A stretch of DNA of 64,000 bases from Lingula anatina (GCA_051362555.1 JBPQGU010000016.1:744001-808000); one strand, 5' to 3'; shown: positions 37,001-52,378, numbered from the stretch's first letter. Notes: generated from the letters alone by a model not told the origin. Numbers and translations are program-made.

Positions 37001-38447
37001 ACACCTGACCCTGTAGAATATAAACAGACCAGAAGACAGCAAATTCAAAAGGGGAGTCTGTTTCTGAAAAAAGTAGACCTTTTACCATGAAACCTTCCAG
37101 TATCAGGATAAAATTTTACCCAGAGGGGACCTTTTCCCAGCAAAAAGGCTATTTTTCGAACCCCCAAACCCCCACCCCCCGGCTACGGGCCTGATTAAGC
37201 AACCCAGATGCACATATATTTTTTCTGTACCAAGTACCAGTAGGCTTACATGTACATACAACCCTTAACTATCCAAAATCATATAAATTTAAGCTTCTCG
37301 ATCAACTCACCAGTGTATTCTTAGAAAGAACACCTTTGACCAGCTTGCATGTATGTGCCACCAAACACTACAGGAGCTCTATAGGTATATGAACGTGTTT
37401 GTTTTACCTGTCCTCCCGGTCGATGAAACGCTCATATCACGTGATATGAAAAAATACGAAGAAAATAGACACGAGCACACGAGGTGAATGTCAAGGTTGT
37501 CCGACTGAAAAGGCCTCTTACCAACATGAGCAAAATTGAAACATAGGCCTATCCGAAACTTAAATTCTTACGTATTTAGGTCACGATCTAAAGCAAAATT
37601 GGCCTTTGGGGTGGACGACAATTAAAAAAATGAATTGTTACAAATTTGAGTCCATATTGGAGAACGTCCTCTCCCCAAAATAGAGAAGACGTCAACCGCA
37701 GGTGTTCTCACGGTGTTAGCCAGACAGAGTGTGCTGCCTAAATTAGCACTCGTACAAGGAGAAACAAATATGGCGGAGGAGTTCCAAGTAAGTCGTTTAC
37801 AAATGCACGTTAGTTACAACACTCTCCCTTCATAGTCCGTTGACATGTTTGTGCCTTTTAGCATTGAAAGAATTTATTTAACTGACAATGGTGCATGGAA
37901 CTTCTAGGTCCAGTGGTACACGACTTGGAAGAGGTGGGAGATCAGGAGGACTGGTCCAAGATCATGAAGAGAGAATTCAGTAGTTGAGAAGAGAACTTGA
38001 GGTATAAAAAAGCATTAAAACTTATATTGAACAGACAAATTGTAATTAAGCTTCTTGCTGTACATGGAGGTTTTGTCAGGTGATTATGAGCATGGTGGTC
38101 TTAAGATGCTAAATATGTCTGACTTAATAACATCTCTCAAATGTACCTGATTAAGAAGAATCTATTTTAGAAGTAACATATATGCTCCACTTCTTCAAGC
38201 TAAATATGGTTTTAATGTATTAAGTACATGTGCGATTTCGGAAACACTTACTTACCTAAACTTATTAATTGTTGCAGTAATTACTTTTGGAAAGATGTCA
38301 TCATCTCTTGGAAAAACGTAACCACATGCCTTTATGATAAAAAGAGCATAATCACACTGGAGCCTATATGGTACAATGATAATTTAGTGTTGGGTGTAAT
38401 CCTGTGTTTATTAAGCACTGGTATACCAAAGGTGTAAAAATTGTTGG

Positions 38448-38492
<45 letters not shown>

Positions 38493-38572
38493 ACGAAGAC
38501 AGGATTTTATCGAAGGAGAAATTCGAAAATAAATTAACATTACAAAGCTGCAGTGAACTCAGATTCTACGGT
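34049..38572. repeat. Head-to-tail near-identical tandem duplication of about 2.27 kb (34049-36326 and 36327-38572)
   Basis: Both copies start TATTTCCGTTTGCAGAGTCG and end CTCAGATTCTACGGT. They differ by scattered SNPs and small indels, with a 2-bp GT microhomology at the junction. Confidence 0.93.
35800..36326 (+). mobile_element. Truncated duplicate of the L1/Tx1-type LINE ORF2 fragment
   Basis: GDYEHGGLKM, FWKDVIISW and EPIWYNDN; truncated at the duplication junction. Confidence 0.75.
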
Positions 38573-39250
38573 ATACGAAACTGTATCAGGCACAAAACAC
38601 AAACTGATGTTACTGAGAATACCCCCTGTCCATTTACCCCACAATCTGTAGAACTACTCCTTGAAAGCAGAAAGGGCAGCAAAGACGTTTACCAAACTCT
38701 CTATAAACCGGCTAAGAATAGAAAAATTGAAAAAAGGTGGAACTTCAAATTAAACACTGATACAAAGTATGAAATTGTAAATTGTAACTGTTTTAGGTCT
38801 ACAAATGAAACCAAACTCCAATGATTTCAGTATCGGACAATACACAGAATCTTGCCGGTAAAATCATACTTGAAAACTATTGGTGTGGAAGAGGACGATG
38901 ACTGCCCATATTGTGGTGAAGATAAGGAGAATATTTCACATATTTTGTTTCATTGTGCAAGAAGTAAAGACATCTGGTGGGACTTAAAAAAATCATATCT
39001 TTACCAGAACGGATAATGAGGTCATTCTTTAAGGAGAAAATACCCTTTTTGGTTTTCCTTCTAACTTTGTTAGTCCAATAAACTTTATTATAATAGCTAC
39101 TAAATTTTATATTAACCGGTGCACAAAAAGAAAGAGAATATGCAGCTTTCATCGCTTCTCAATTTTTTGAAAGAAAAATATACCACAGGGAGATACATCT
39201 CATCAAAAAAACTATGGGGTATTTGGAGCAACATTATTCAATGACCAAAT
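38070..39250 (+). mobile_element. 5'-truncated, decayed L1/Tx1-clade non-LTR retrotransposon (ORF2 C-terminal region)
   Basis: Frameshifted motifs YEHGGL, FWKDVIISW, PIWYNDN, KGSKDVYQTL, TKLQ*FQYRTIHRILP and zinc-knuckle CPYCGEDKENISHIF, interrupted by a poly-T tract. Confidence 0.85.
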
Positions 39251-40889
39251 TATGAAAATTGTGGTGTTCATACATTTTCAAATATTTTATTTTGGCAGTA
39301 AGCTATTGCACATATCAATGCAGAAATGACAGACATAAAAGCGAACATTTTTTTTCATTACCAGAGCATGCATGCTGGTGTTGCCAGACAGTGCTGGATA
39401 CATTGTGACCAGTGTGACAAAAATCCTGCCCTTGCACCGGATATGAAGGTGCTTCTGCTAGTAATTTTTTTTTCCGGGCAGTGACCCAGCACCAGTGGAG
39501 ATGGCCCATTCCCATTCCCCACTCACTGTTATGTCCCCTTCATTTCGGCTGCTGGTGTTTTTGTTTGATCATTTATCTCTGAAGAAAATCAAAGAAAAAC
39601 TACATGTATTACCCTTTTTGTACCGTGAGTATCTGTTTACAGACCAAACATTATTTTCATAGTTTATTTTATATGACTTTCAAATTCCTTGTGGATATTC
39701 ACTTTTCAATATTAAAATCTAGTAGGAAAAAAACAGTTGTTTATTACTTGTAATTTAGAACATACATAATTGTTTTAAAGGTATCTTTCAAGACTGATTA
39801 AATGTGTTGAATATTTGTGCTGTAACATGCATTCCAATAAAGATCTAATCGGTTTAACATTCTTATTCCATTCTTCTTCCCACAAAGCTTGAGGTCATAA
39901 GACCTCTTTCATGCAAGTCGTTGTGTAAAAGGATTCTTTTCATTCTACTGTAATCTGTGCAACAATTTGGCAAATGTAGTAAATAAAGGTATGGAAAAAT
40001 AAGGTGCTTTCATTTATCAGTTCCTCATACCAAAAGAAAAATATAACACTTTATATATTCTGGTCATATTTCCAACTAAAATCAATAATTTTAAACGGAA
40101 ACAATTAATGTATGTCTGGATGGATTTATCAAAATTTTGGGGTTCAGGAGAAAATAGGCAAAGTTTCAGAATAAATCTATTTTATGCTATATAAGCGTCT
40201 ATATCGGTAAGAGTCCCATTAAAAGTGTTTGCCTGGTCTTTATGGCTCTGTTTGATCAAGTAACGACCTCACCCCTTTAAGGTATACATACAGCCTATTC
40301 ATTTAAGCAGTCGCATTTCTGGCCTCACGGAATTGTCATCTGTCGCTGTCGTTATCTTTTGCAGGTACACACAATGGACAATAGAAGTGTCACCCCTACT
40401 GAACCAATACTATGGGGGAGATAAATGACTGTGGGATGATATGCTCCTGGTATCATTTTGTTAACATCAAATTTCACAAAAAGACCAACAATACAATTAC
40501 ATGGTACAGCGGTTTTATACTCATTAGTCACATTATAAGTAGACCAGGCATTATAACTTTGATTACTCTGATTCAGGGGGTGACACTTCTATTCTCCAGT
40601 GTGTGTAGTATACACAACTCTGTTGTAATCTTTCATGTTATTTATTAGCTACTTTCCAGTTGGTTCCCGCGCCGCTTTCTTACCATTTCTATCTCTACCT
40701 ATCTCTGCAATTTCCAGCGGCCTTCTTTCGTTTACATTACACACAGTTGTGTAAGTATCATAAGAGCATGTCAAACAACTCAGTTACTCTACAAAACACT
40801 CCCCACTCCTTATTCAATCATGGCTGTCAATTACTAACATTACGCATCGTTCAGTCTTTTCTCTTCTCTCTGCTTCACCCCTCTATATT

Positions 40890-41192
40890 CAGCTAGTTTA
40901 GCGAGGGGACAGTGCAAACCATTAATTGTTATATTAGTGTTTGGTACGATCCGGAGTGACAGGAATGGTAGTCCTCGGAATGGAAGTCCGGGGTCCTATA
41001 TATATAATAAGTACAGGTTAGGGATAGTCAGAGTATTGGGGTTAGTATATGGTACGAATATCACCTTTAAAATGTTATGGGGAACGGACTACGGTTCCCT
41101 AGCTGAATACCATTCCTGACACACGGGCCGTGGGTACGAACCCATAACATCCTGCTCCGGAGGCGACAACTCAACCAGGACTAGAGCAAATA
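40890..41192 (-). mobile_element. tRNA-derived SINE fragment interrupted by the MITE
   Basis: The minus strand has a tRNA-like head with B-box-like GGTTCGTACCC and appears to continue past the MITE as ATCGTACCAAACACT...AATGG. Confidence 0.4.
40951..41126. mobile_element. MITE of about 175 bp
   Basis: TIRs CCGGAGTGACAGGAATGGTA and TACCATTCCTGACACACGG. Confidence 0.65.
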
Positions 41193-41842
41193 ACGCCATC
41201 CCCTTGCGGCCGTATTTAAAGATTTTTGTTTACATTTTTGTTTACATAAGAGTAAAGTACACACAATGAAATTTGTTCATATAGGTAGATATAAGCCAAG
41301 CCCCGTTGGGTGTTTTTAAACGTCAAAACAATAAAAACCACCTGCGAAATTACACTGCTCCTTTTCGAGTGCGAGCTACTTTGCCAATCGATTGCGTTAG
41401 TTTAGCCGCCGCAATGTACAACATAGACTAACAGTAGCAACACAAATGATATTACGCGAATGCAGCAGCTGGTTTATCAATTGTGACTAATTCAGTACAA
41501 TATAAGATGAAAAACGAGATTAACAGAAAAGGCGACGACCTATTATGTTTTTGGTGATTTGTAAAAACAGACTTTACGACCAAGATAGGCATACTAGGGA
41601 TGAAATGTAGGTAAAACTATGACGGAATTTGAACATTTCAAGAATAGACATGGTCTTAATTTGAGCTCTTATTTTTTTAATTGATATGATTACTTATTGA
41701 TCTAAATATGAAACAGATTTATGAAATATTCGTCAAAGTGCATGGGTACAAGAAGGCCCAATATGCACACACGTAACTCCTACAATAATGCCATATGAAT
41801 GCATATGTGTGAGCTCAACACACGCGCATGTGCTCGCACACA

Positions 41843-41879
<37 letters not shown>

Positions 41880-43219
41880 TCTAATGTAAGAATGACGTTT
41901 GCATTTTTGTTAACTACGACTCCGCAGCTCGAAAGAAATTAAATATTTACTCTCATGCCACAAATTTATTTCTACTAAAGAAAAGAAGCTTTTATTTATG
42001 TGCATTTATTTGTTCTCTGTTCACGAGGAGTTTCTTAACGAACCTAAAATGGTCGGTAAATAGTGCAATTTATCCAAAGGATTACGTCGTCAAAATAAAA
42101 CAAGCATTGTGCGTGTTTTTATCAAAGGTACTTGAAAGTATTCACTGACCCAGACGGCTTGAAGAGTTCCCTCAAATATTAAAATAGCTTTAAACCAGCA
42201 AATAAAGTTAGTTCGGCTTTCAGTAGGAACCTTTTTATTGTCTTCGGACATAGTGTAACACTATTTCTGTACCACTTGAAATTCTGTATTGGTTTTTAAA
42301 AGTTCCAGGTGCGGTGCACTTTTTATATTGTGACAAACTTCTGGTAATTTTTTAACCGAATTTTAGATGTTTTCAGTAGGCCTTTTTTATATGTTTTACA
42401 CTCCTGCGTAGGTTGTAATTGGTTATATGCCATGATTATTCTGGATTTCGTTTCCATTAGTATTTGATACATGTAAATTAATTCCTTACGTCGGTAGAAT
42501 TTATTAAAAACACGAAAGCTGTATTTTGTTTACATAATTTGTCTTCCTCTTCAGCTTAGAAAAAAACTAGACATATACATACGTGCGTACACACACAAAC
42601 ACACACACACTCACACACAAACACACACACACACACACATTCACACACAATCTTACACACACACACATCTATTTCTTCTTCATTATGACCATCTCATACC
42701 AACGTACATATAAAACTCGTCTACAACATAAAAACTTCATATTTACATCATTAATCTATAATAAAGACAAAATCCACGAAGTAAACCAATAAAAAAATCA
42801 CGTGCGTTGACTTTCAGTCTTAAATGGTCAGGGGGTGTAATGGATTCCCTGTATGGCTGACCGGTGACTGATGCAGGTGACGGTCAAGATACCCCCCAGG
42901 CTATGCCATGTTTGACCATCAGCGGTTAAGTGGTCTGGCGTCCACGATATTGAAGTGGTAACAATGATTTGTTAAAGCAGTTTCCAGTATTTTATTACCC
43001 TTTACCAGGACCATAGATTGATTTTTCACAAGATATTTACATATAATATGTCTTAAGATAAGTAGACGGTCATTTTACTATCTCTGGCTTTTGGTCATCT
43101 TCCTATATTATTTGCCACCCTTGGAGAGGGTAGTATTTTATACGGATCCAGAATTTTGAGTATTTTTATTAGCGAGGACGATGATACTGTAACACGTAGA
43201 TTGCAGAAATGGGCATGCT

Positions 43220-43272
<53 letters not shown>

Positions 43273-44195
43273 GAGGTTACTTCCCAAGCTAAATGGGGAT
43301 CACATTAAATAGTTTATTTATAAATGTTTGGTTTAAAGAAGGCAAAAACATCGGTGATTTCATATTTGGCTGCCCTACGGTGTATAATGGCGCTTTCTCA
43401 ATAAATAACCTCAAGTATGCAATTGATTATTTGATATCTTTGGAAAGTACTGGGTACACGTATGTTTATGATTGAATTGTTGATAAATCGGAATTAAATA
43501 AATCAGAATGTGGTGAAAAGCTTCAGATTATTATAGATACTAGCAAAAAAAGCATCGAAAATGGTAAAACTGGATTGTTGTTAATATATTGCATATCAAA
43601 GTAATATTTGATGAATACATAACGGACGAAAACGAAAATCGTCGCTTTACCTATCAGATTTGCACATGATTTAGAAGAAGAACGTTTTTAAAAAGTTTTT
43701 TAAAAAAATATTTAGTTTACAGATTTTGGGAGGGGTGGGCATTATGGAACTATGTAAAGTAGAACTGTCTAATTGATATCCCAGTCAAGTAAAAAAAAAA
43801 AACTGAGCTCATATAACCCCGAGCAGTGAGAAAATAGGACGCGACATGTGTACCCATGATAAACAGAAACGCCGGGGGTCGTTTGCTGTGTTAACAAAAC
43901 CCACGCACGCGAGCACTTCGATCCTTAGCTACCGGTGCCTCAAGGTAGATCGTTTACGCAACAGGGTATTGTATAATGGGTATTGTAGAGTGAAGGCTAC
44001 CGATTTCATACGGTTACTAAAAAGAACCAGATTCCTTGTTAAATCGTGTCATCCTTGTACCCCCTTCCCCTCCCAGTATTCATGAACTTTGGTCAACCAG
44101 TTGGCACTGACACGGGTCTACCTGACGATCTGACCCTGTTAGAGTTTGTAAGGGGGCAGGTAACCCTCCCCCCTCCCATCCTGTGTACCGCGCGC

Positions 44196-44281
44196 ACACA
44201 CACACACACACACACACCCACACACACACACACACACCCACACACACACACACACACCCACACACACACACACACACACAC
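44196..44281. repeat. (CA)n microsatellite
   Basis: Directly visible. Confidence 0.95.
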
Positions 44282-47200
44282 GGGAATCCAACAGCACGCT
44301 GCAGAACACTGATGGTGTTCGACAATTAGCAAAGTCAAAATAAAAATGTCAAATATTGTGAGAGAAAAACACGCGTGCTTTCGATTTTGCAGGGGCTGTG
44401 ATTAAAAAGTTTGTGATTTAAACAGCTATCAGTTATGGGGAAAATAGCAAAATATTTACAGTTAAGGCGTTTGTAGCCTACTGTTTGCACCCAAACCATT
44501 TTTTTTTTATTATTGTCCTTTTTTTTACTTTGACACGTTTTCTTGATGGTTAGCATGAGGTCGATGTAAATGACGTCGTTATTTTTTTATATTTTATGTA
44601 ATTTTATTATTTTTTATTTCTTTTTTGAGGCGCACGACCCATTAGCTGTGCCACAAACGATTAAATGCCTGTCGATTAAGAATCGAACTTAAAGGCCAGA
44701 ACACGATAACCTTGACTTTGTATGACGTCACTAACAATATATCGCGCACACAATACCAATATCTTCATAAACACCCTTTTTCAACTACCATATATTATAA
44801 CCTCGGATGAGGAAAGTTGTTTTACACACTATCCTAAAAAATCCCCGTATAATTAAACTGGAAAGAAATAAGGATCAGAAGGTCGTTTTGAAATAACAAC
44901 ACACGAGAATGAATATATGTGAAAACGCGAAAACAGATGCCCGTTTTACGTTTAAATTTTTGATAATAATGAACGGGCTTGATGAAAATACTTTACACTA
45001 TAATCTAGTAAAAAAGCGTCTACAAATTTTTCAATTTCAGTAGAAATATATATTGCCTTTTCTATTGATTAACATTTTACAATAATTATAGATAAAATGA
45101 AAACCGTTTACAAATTCAGAATAAAAATTAACAAATATAAAAGCTACGAGTGACCAGTATTTAGCGGTCACTATTCAGGATTCGATAGCTTCGTGTTCTT
45201 GTTTACAGACGCGCAAATCAATAGTAATGCTGATCAATTTAGTGGCTAATTTTTAATTACTTCATCGATGTTTACTTAGTTTCAACTCCAAAAATGTAGT
45301 ACGGCTGAATGACCTGTCGATTTTGCAATAATCATGTTAATAAGGTGCAGGTGACCGCAAAGTCGTAAAATGAAGTAAGCAAAAAAAACAGGCCGATTCT
45401 TTGAAAAGAGAAGCTCCATGTTTTAGAAACAACCTGGAAATATTTAGATATAATTTTTGCTTGTGTGAAAAAAAATGAATAGGAATTTGAAAGTTGCAAT
45501 AAGAGAATTAATAAGAGCGTTTAGATATCCCTGCCAACTGAACGATTCTTATCGTACGCGTGGATGAAAATGATCACCATCTTTCATTCTCAGCTCCTAG
45601 AATGCAGTCCTTGCTTTCCTTGGAAAATGGAGGAAATCAATTATGAAAAAATGTCAAAGATAGAAATCGATTCTGTTTTTAAAAAAGAGTCGATAACAAG
45701 AAAATACACATTGTTGTAGTATAACAAAAAATATCTGCGCAAGTCTTTGCACTAGGCCGCTTTTCTATATATTTTGCTCATAGCACTGGTGACTTCATAA
45801 AGAAAAATCAATACTGCGTTATGAAACAAAACCTTTACCATTTAAGATTATATTGATAAAACGTGCCAATCAAACATCGTATTTATTTAACCAACGCGAC
45901 ATGACTTCACGGCGAGAAATTAAGATGAATGACTCCAGGAATTAACCTACTCGGTAGACGGAATATTTGAAGAAAATTAGATAAACTTAGAATTAAAAAA
46001 AACAGCACAAAATAACTTTCAAGCATTCGTGGATGATTCGATTTCTTGTAGATGCTGATGAAACACACATTAAAATCAATGTACGGGAAATTGTAAATGT
46101 AGATAGATATTTCAAGTTAACAGATCCTCGTTTTTGCCGGGGCGGGGAGGGTATGGTATTTATTTATAATTCATAGTTAACAAGACTCCACGTGACGGTA
46201 ATTGTACAGACGCGTATCCCAATATAATGCATCTCTTTAATACGAAGGAATTTAACCTGGATATCTACTTGATCTGAATAATAATAACAATAATAATAAG
46301 AATAATAAGAATAATAATTTTATGATGACAAGAAAAGCACTCAGAGGACACCAACCTTCGCCAAGACAAATAATAAACTAGTAACTAACAATTTTTAATT
46401 AATTACTTCCCCGCCTTAATCTAATCACCTTTAAAAAAGCCCCCTTGTGAGCTATCCTGAATATTTCATCAAATGTCCGTCCATGATTTTTAGTGATAAA
46501 CAAACAGACAAACAAAAAGAGAAGAAAACATACATTCCTTGGCTGAGGCAAAAATAATTATAAAAACAATAATAAAGAAAATCTTTTCATTTTATCACCG
46601 TTCTTGTTACTGTGCTGGATTGGTAAAAGATCTGAATACTGATAACAACTGTGAAAGCTGGACCGCGAAATTTCTAATTCACCTGTGTTCGTGTATCTGT
46701 AGATCTGTTAACGTGTCCCACTCAGCCGTCTTTTCCCAGGCCGTGTCAACCACTCCCAGGGGATAGGTAAGCCATTCAGCCTGTATCTATATACACACGA
46801 ACGGGGCCCTGGATCTGATAACAAGATAACAGCCAGGAAAAAAGGGAGCAAAATTAATTTTCAGAGAGACAATAATGAGGTCATTTGTGGCTTGGGTTTG
46901 TTCAGTACAGATCACGATTTCGTGTACAGAAGCGTTCACACGGGCAGGGAGGGAACGGGTGCTCTGTTAATACCGGTGTGACGTGACACAGATCTAGAGT
47001 CCCCCATGTTAGAGACTCCGCTTCCCATTCATTTGTACGTGTAACACGTGTAAGCCGCGAAGGTGGAATCCTGAAGGCCAGATCTGCGTATATTCATATT
47101 ATGGATATTGGAGTTACCTTTTTCAGCAATGAGGGTAAACTCCTTGCGCGGGGATGTCATCTTAAAGAGCAATGAAAAGGGACGTGCATAACGTGGAGAA

Positions 47201-48839
47201 GTCTTACTTGTGTGCAACAGACTGTAATTCGCGAAAGAACTTTGGGGGAAAAACAGAAAAACAAATTCTGTCAGTGTTTATTAGTTGCCGCACTATCTTA
47301 TCTGCCATTATTTCTGACGCCACTCTCTTCAGATTTCTACGAGATCTCGCATAGCGCGAGACTTTCTGCTATCTCGGATGATTCCCATTCGCATCGCTCA
47401 TCAGGTGACAGGTCTGACCTACATGTACAAGAGCCCGTGTGAACGGATCTTGGGCTGTTGACTTACTGTGATTCCCATGGGGCTTTCTAACTTCTGGCTA
47501 CCGGTGTTTCGTTTTTCAAACAGCGGAAATTAATATCCAGCCTTATGCCTGGTTGGCCTTGTGTTATGTATTTTATACTACTATTTATTGTGCAAAATTT
47601 GATTGAAATATGATTACTTTAACTTATTGAAATGGGCATTTGCGACCTCTCAAAACTGATTCATCCATATTTGCTTTCCCCCGGGTTACTTAATCAACAT
47701 GAAATTGGATCAGTCCATAAACATCACAAATATTATATAGCACAAGGTAAAATAGATCAAAGAAAGCGCTACACAAAATGTAAAACAAAATAAAACCCAA
47801 GAATAAACACACTTTGTTTTCATTCAGGCTATTAAAATATCGAACTAGTAAATCAGATCTTTTGATTATGAGCATTTCAGTAAAGATTGATTTCTTTATC
47901 TCCACTCAGCACTATCTAATACTATAATCTCAGCTATCAATTACTGCAATCATGCTTTCATTTAATCGATTTTATATCACGCGCAGGGTTTTTCTAGGCC
48001 TTGTTGAAATCCCCCGGCAATGGCCATTCAAGGCAAATCAGGGGAATCCTTTTTCTAAATCCCATGCTGATTATACTGATTGACTGTGTGACAAAGCTGG
48101 CTTGTCTGTCGCGAAACATCCCTGGAATATCCAAGCAGTGCGCGTCCTAAAGAAAACGGTATCTTTTTTCGCTGGGACTTTTGACGGCAAGGGTACTTTG
48201 CATTTCAACGGCGGTGCATCGCGCTGCGAAAAACACCCCAAAGGATAAGCTACCCCCCTTCCACCCCCCCCCCCCCCCCCCCACCGCAAACTATGGCGAA
48301 AAAAATTGTGCATTGAACACATTAGAAAAATGTTGATAAAGTTCAGTTAAAAAGACTTTTTGTATTGTTACGGTGCATCTCGATTGCGCATTTAACATAA
48401 AGAGATGAATAGAAAAATACTATAATGAGAAGAAGAAATACTGGCGAACCCCGTAAACTGACAACGTTGAGCTCGTTTATTTTTAAGGGAGCGATTTAAC
48501 GTTATGATAAAAACAACTTTTTAAGGTCCGATGTGCTCGCTCTGAAGTAAGATTGATTTCAATAATACTAAGATCAAGCGAGAAGGTTTTATAGGCAAAC
48601 GGGTGAAGCTTGTCTTCTGCTAATAGCGTATGATTGTCGGTTGGAAGTCTTTTTAAGCTGAAAAAAATGATAAATGAGCCTAAATTACATCACATTATTC
48701 AGGCAGTGAGATATGTGACCTGGCCATAGTGACTTTTACAAGGGTATTTATTTCGGTGTTCTTTTCAAGTTGAAGAATATGTCGCCTATACACAAAAGAT
48801 TTTTAAGCCAAGCTTTACTTGATGGCGAAGACCGCGGTG

Positions 48840-48873
<34 letters not shown>

Positions 48874-49865
48874 TCGTTGAACGGAGCGGTATACACTGTC
48901 GCGTGATAATACACGTATCTGTAATACAGACCAAAGTGGTAAGTTTATGTTTAAAATATAAAAAGCGCCGCTGATGAGATTGCACTTTAATGGAACTTAC
49001 TATCCTAGATGTTGGTTTGTATTGCATTAACCAGACCTCCTACTTGTATTCTGGTCGTCCTTATTTTAGATATACATGTACCAGTCTGACAGTGTTTCAT
49101 ATTTTAATAAGGAAAAATTATCGGTTCTCAGGCCGACAGTTCGATAATGCGTTTAAGACCTATTTCCAGACCAACTGGTTTTTACGTGGATGTGAACGTC
49201 AACAAAAAGATTTTACGTCTGTGTTGGGCGATTATCAAAAGGAAGTGACATGAAAATTTAATGAAATCAAGCTCCTTAACTAACCTTAGTTCATTAAAAT
49301 ACACAAAAACAGTCTTGTCTTGCAAACTCAAATAGCCTACACTCACATCTAAGTTGATGGCATAATTCATAAGTAACTTATGGATTGACCTTGGTAGAAA
49401 AAAAAACACCTGTCATCGAAAGATTTGAAATGAAATCAAACTAATTAAATCCAATCCTGTCAGAAATCGGGACAATAAACACAAGATTGAATAACAATAA
49501 CGTCTAGTCTTTGCTCTACATGCAGACATCACTCAAGGGGGTAAACGTGTCGTAATCAAAAGGAACATACCCCACTTGAAGCCGTATAAATTGTTAACGG
49601 AATCACGCCATATGTGCCCGGCGTGTCAAGCAGTGAACCGTTGCCGATGTTTTTAAACCCCCTTAAGCAAGAATGACGGTTTTGAGCACACGTGTGTAAA
49701 ATATGTAATGATATGCATATTCTTTACAACTCATAGCAGTTGGATTGTTACGTACAATTTGAAGTTTTGTCTCATAATTCCCTTTCTTAATGCAAAATAT
49801 CTGGTCTATATATAGGCCTACATTTATATAAAAGTGTGCCTAGTATAATATGATATAATATGATT

Positions 49866-49914
<49 letters not shown>

Positions 49915-49941
49915 CTAAGACGTTTTTAAAAAGAATAGGAG

Positions 49942-50013
<72 letters not shown>

Positions 50014-51751
50014 CAGTAACTGTGCAAGATAGATAATTACACCACAATATCCCATGCTTAGGATATAGCGAAAGTGTCATTGACAGTTCCCTGAGAATGG
50101 GATGCTGGCGAAGTCACATCAACAATGCTACTGTCACTGCGGAGTCACCGTCTGCTCTCTGATTTTCAGGGTGACGACGAATACGTAATGGCCAACAGTG
50201 GATCTGTGCTTTTCAGGGTGTTACTTTGCATGTCTAGGATACAGACTGTAAACAAACGCGTTGTATATGGAGACGTACCGTCACCAGACACGTGTCAAAC
50301 AGCGAAATGTCTTAACCAATTGTCTTTCCTTCTTGACTGCTTGGTTTGATAAAGATGAAATATATTGTAAAGAAGAAATATCTTGTCGTTTTCATAACAT
50401 GGTTTACTTCAGCTCACAATTCAGAAAATAAAATATCAAACCACCCAAATGTGATTCTATATCTATACGTTGTAATGATTTGCATGTGACGTTCACGTGA
50501 TTCATAAATGGCATATGTTTCAATAGCTATAATACTGGATCTTATACCTCCCGGGTCGGAGGGTATTTCAGGGTTGGAGGTACTATATTTTATTTCCAAG
50601 TTCTGCAATTTCTTCCTTTGTTCTATTCATTGGTCATAATTTCAAGAACAATCAGTTATTCAATTTTCATTTTTCTTTTGCACAATTCTATCTGTTAATT
50701 TATTCAGCTATTTATCTTCTATTTTTTTTTTCAGTTTTGTTTATATATTCATTTATTTTTGAAATTGTTCTGGTTCAATCGTTGTTTATATATTCATTTA
50801 TTTTTGAAATTGTTCTGGTTCAATCGTTGGAACCCTGTATAAGTTACGCCCAACCCATCCCCGCCCCGACCCCTTTTCCTTGCCCTTGTCTTCGCCACTG
50901 ACCCCCAACCCCCCCCCCCCCCAAATTACCCCCACCCCACCCCGCCTCCCCCCGATAAGGAAACTTGCAACTCTACTTAATTAAATATTTTAAAGTGACG
51001 GGCCACTTGAAGCTACCTGATAACTTTGCGTGACCCCAGTCTCCAATTTAGGCCATACGGAAAGATCCATCACGTACACGCTAAGGACTCTGAAGAAGTC
51101 GCAAACCCTATGCCCGAATAGTGCAAGTGTACCAATTGGAATCTTAGACATGTGTATGATGGATCAAAGTTGAAACGAAGCAAATTTACGTCACCTTTTT
51201 GGCAGGGTTTTTTGTAAGATTAATCGCTTTTGTGACTGCCAAACCACACGTCGAGGCACATCAGAAAAGGTCTTGGCTTTTAGGGGCGATAAACTGTTGA
51301 CTTGATTTCTATCTCAGCTGCAATCGGGATGGATATGATTGAGTTTAGATTATAAGCCTAGCTATATCTTCTATATTCTGTCTGTGATAAAAACTTCCAA
51401 AATGCCTCATGTTAGTAAGGCGAGGTGTTACAGCACATGTAACCCACGAGTTGAGACAACACTTAAACGTAAGCTTTGTTCTTTCCGGGTCAACGACTTA
51501 GATCGTTTTTATCAGATTTGATTCAAAAGATTTAAGCTTTACATCATGAACTTTTGATCTCTCATTAAAAGGGTTTTTGAAAACTAAAAACAAAACTGAT
51601 TTGTTGAAGTTTGTTGTTGAATGATATCTTTAATCTCGTGTCTAGACGGTTAAATCCACTGATACAATGTATATGCTCTTTACACGTAGAGAATATTATT
51701 TAATTGTATAAGGAAGTATCTCTCTTTTCAGCTCCCGCTTCTTTTACTGCA

Positions 51752-51789
<38 letters not shown>

Positions 51790-52378
51790 AGAACTGTAAA
51801 AATATCAAAAATCCAAAAGGAACACCAATCTGTTCTCTTTATTTCGGGGTCTCTTTACAATCTGTCAATAGATCATTGCTTTTGAAATACGACCCTGGGT
51901 TTTTGCAAACTTCCTTATTAGAAATAATTACTTTATAGACCCCGGCTGTATATAAACTATAAAACTGTAACTGTAATGTAAACATATACCAAAGATGACG
52001 TCATAAATGCTGACACTTCGTAGTGGTCGCATAACAAAAATTCTCTTTTATTGCTTCCTTGTTCAGTGTTTACTAATTTGTGATGCGGCGGTGTTAAATA
52101 GTATGCATATCTTGAAAAGTATTTATTATGAATTATTTAAGAACTGATAACATGTTTAACCTTAGTTTATGATCGGTATAAGCAATGAAATGCTATGAAG
52201 TATGAAGGCGAAATTACGACGAAGTAAGAAATGGCTGTAGAGAAAATTGGATGAAAGATGACCACGGATACAAATAATCTTTTTGAAATTCAGCTTCATC
52301 TACATGCACCCTCCCCCCTTCCTCCCCACCGCCCCGTAGCCAGTCTTTCTCACACGCATACATTCTTCCTTTCTCTCT

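Noticed and set aside
41127-41192. tRNA-like sequence with a B box
   Set aside because: No convincing cloverleaf; better explained as a SINE head.
50718-50830. 48-bp direct tandem repeat (and a short direct repeat at about 62280 and 62540)
   Set aside because: Ordinary local slippage duplication with no further structure.
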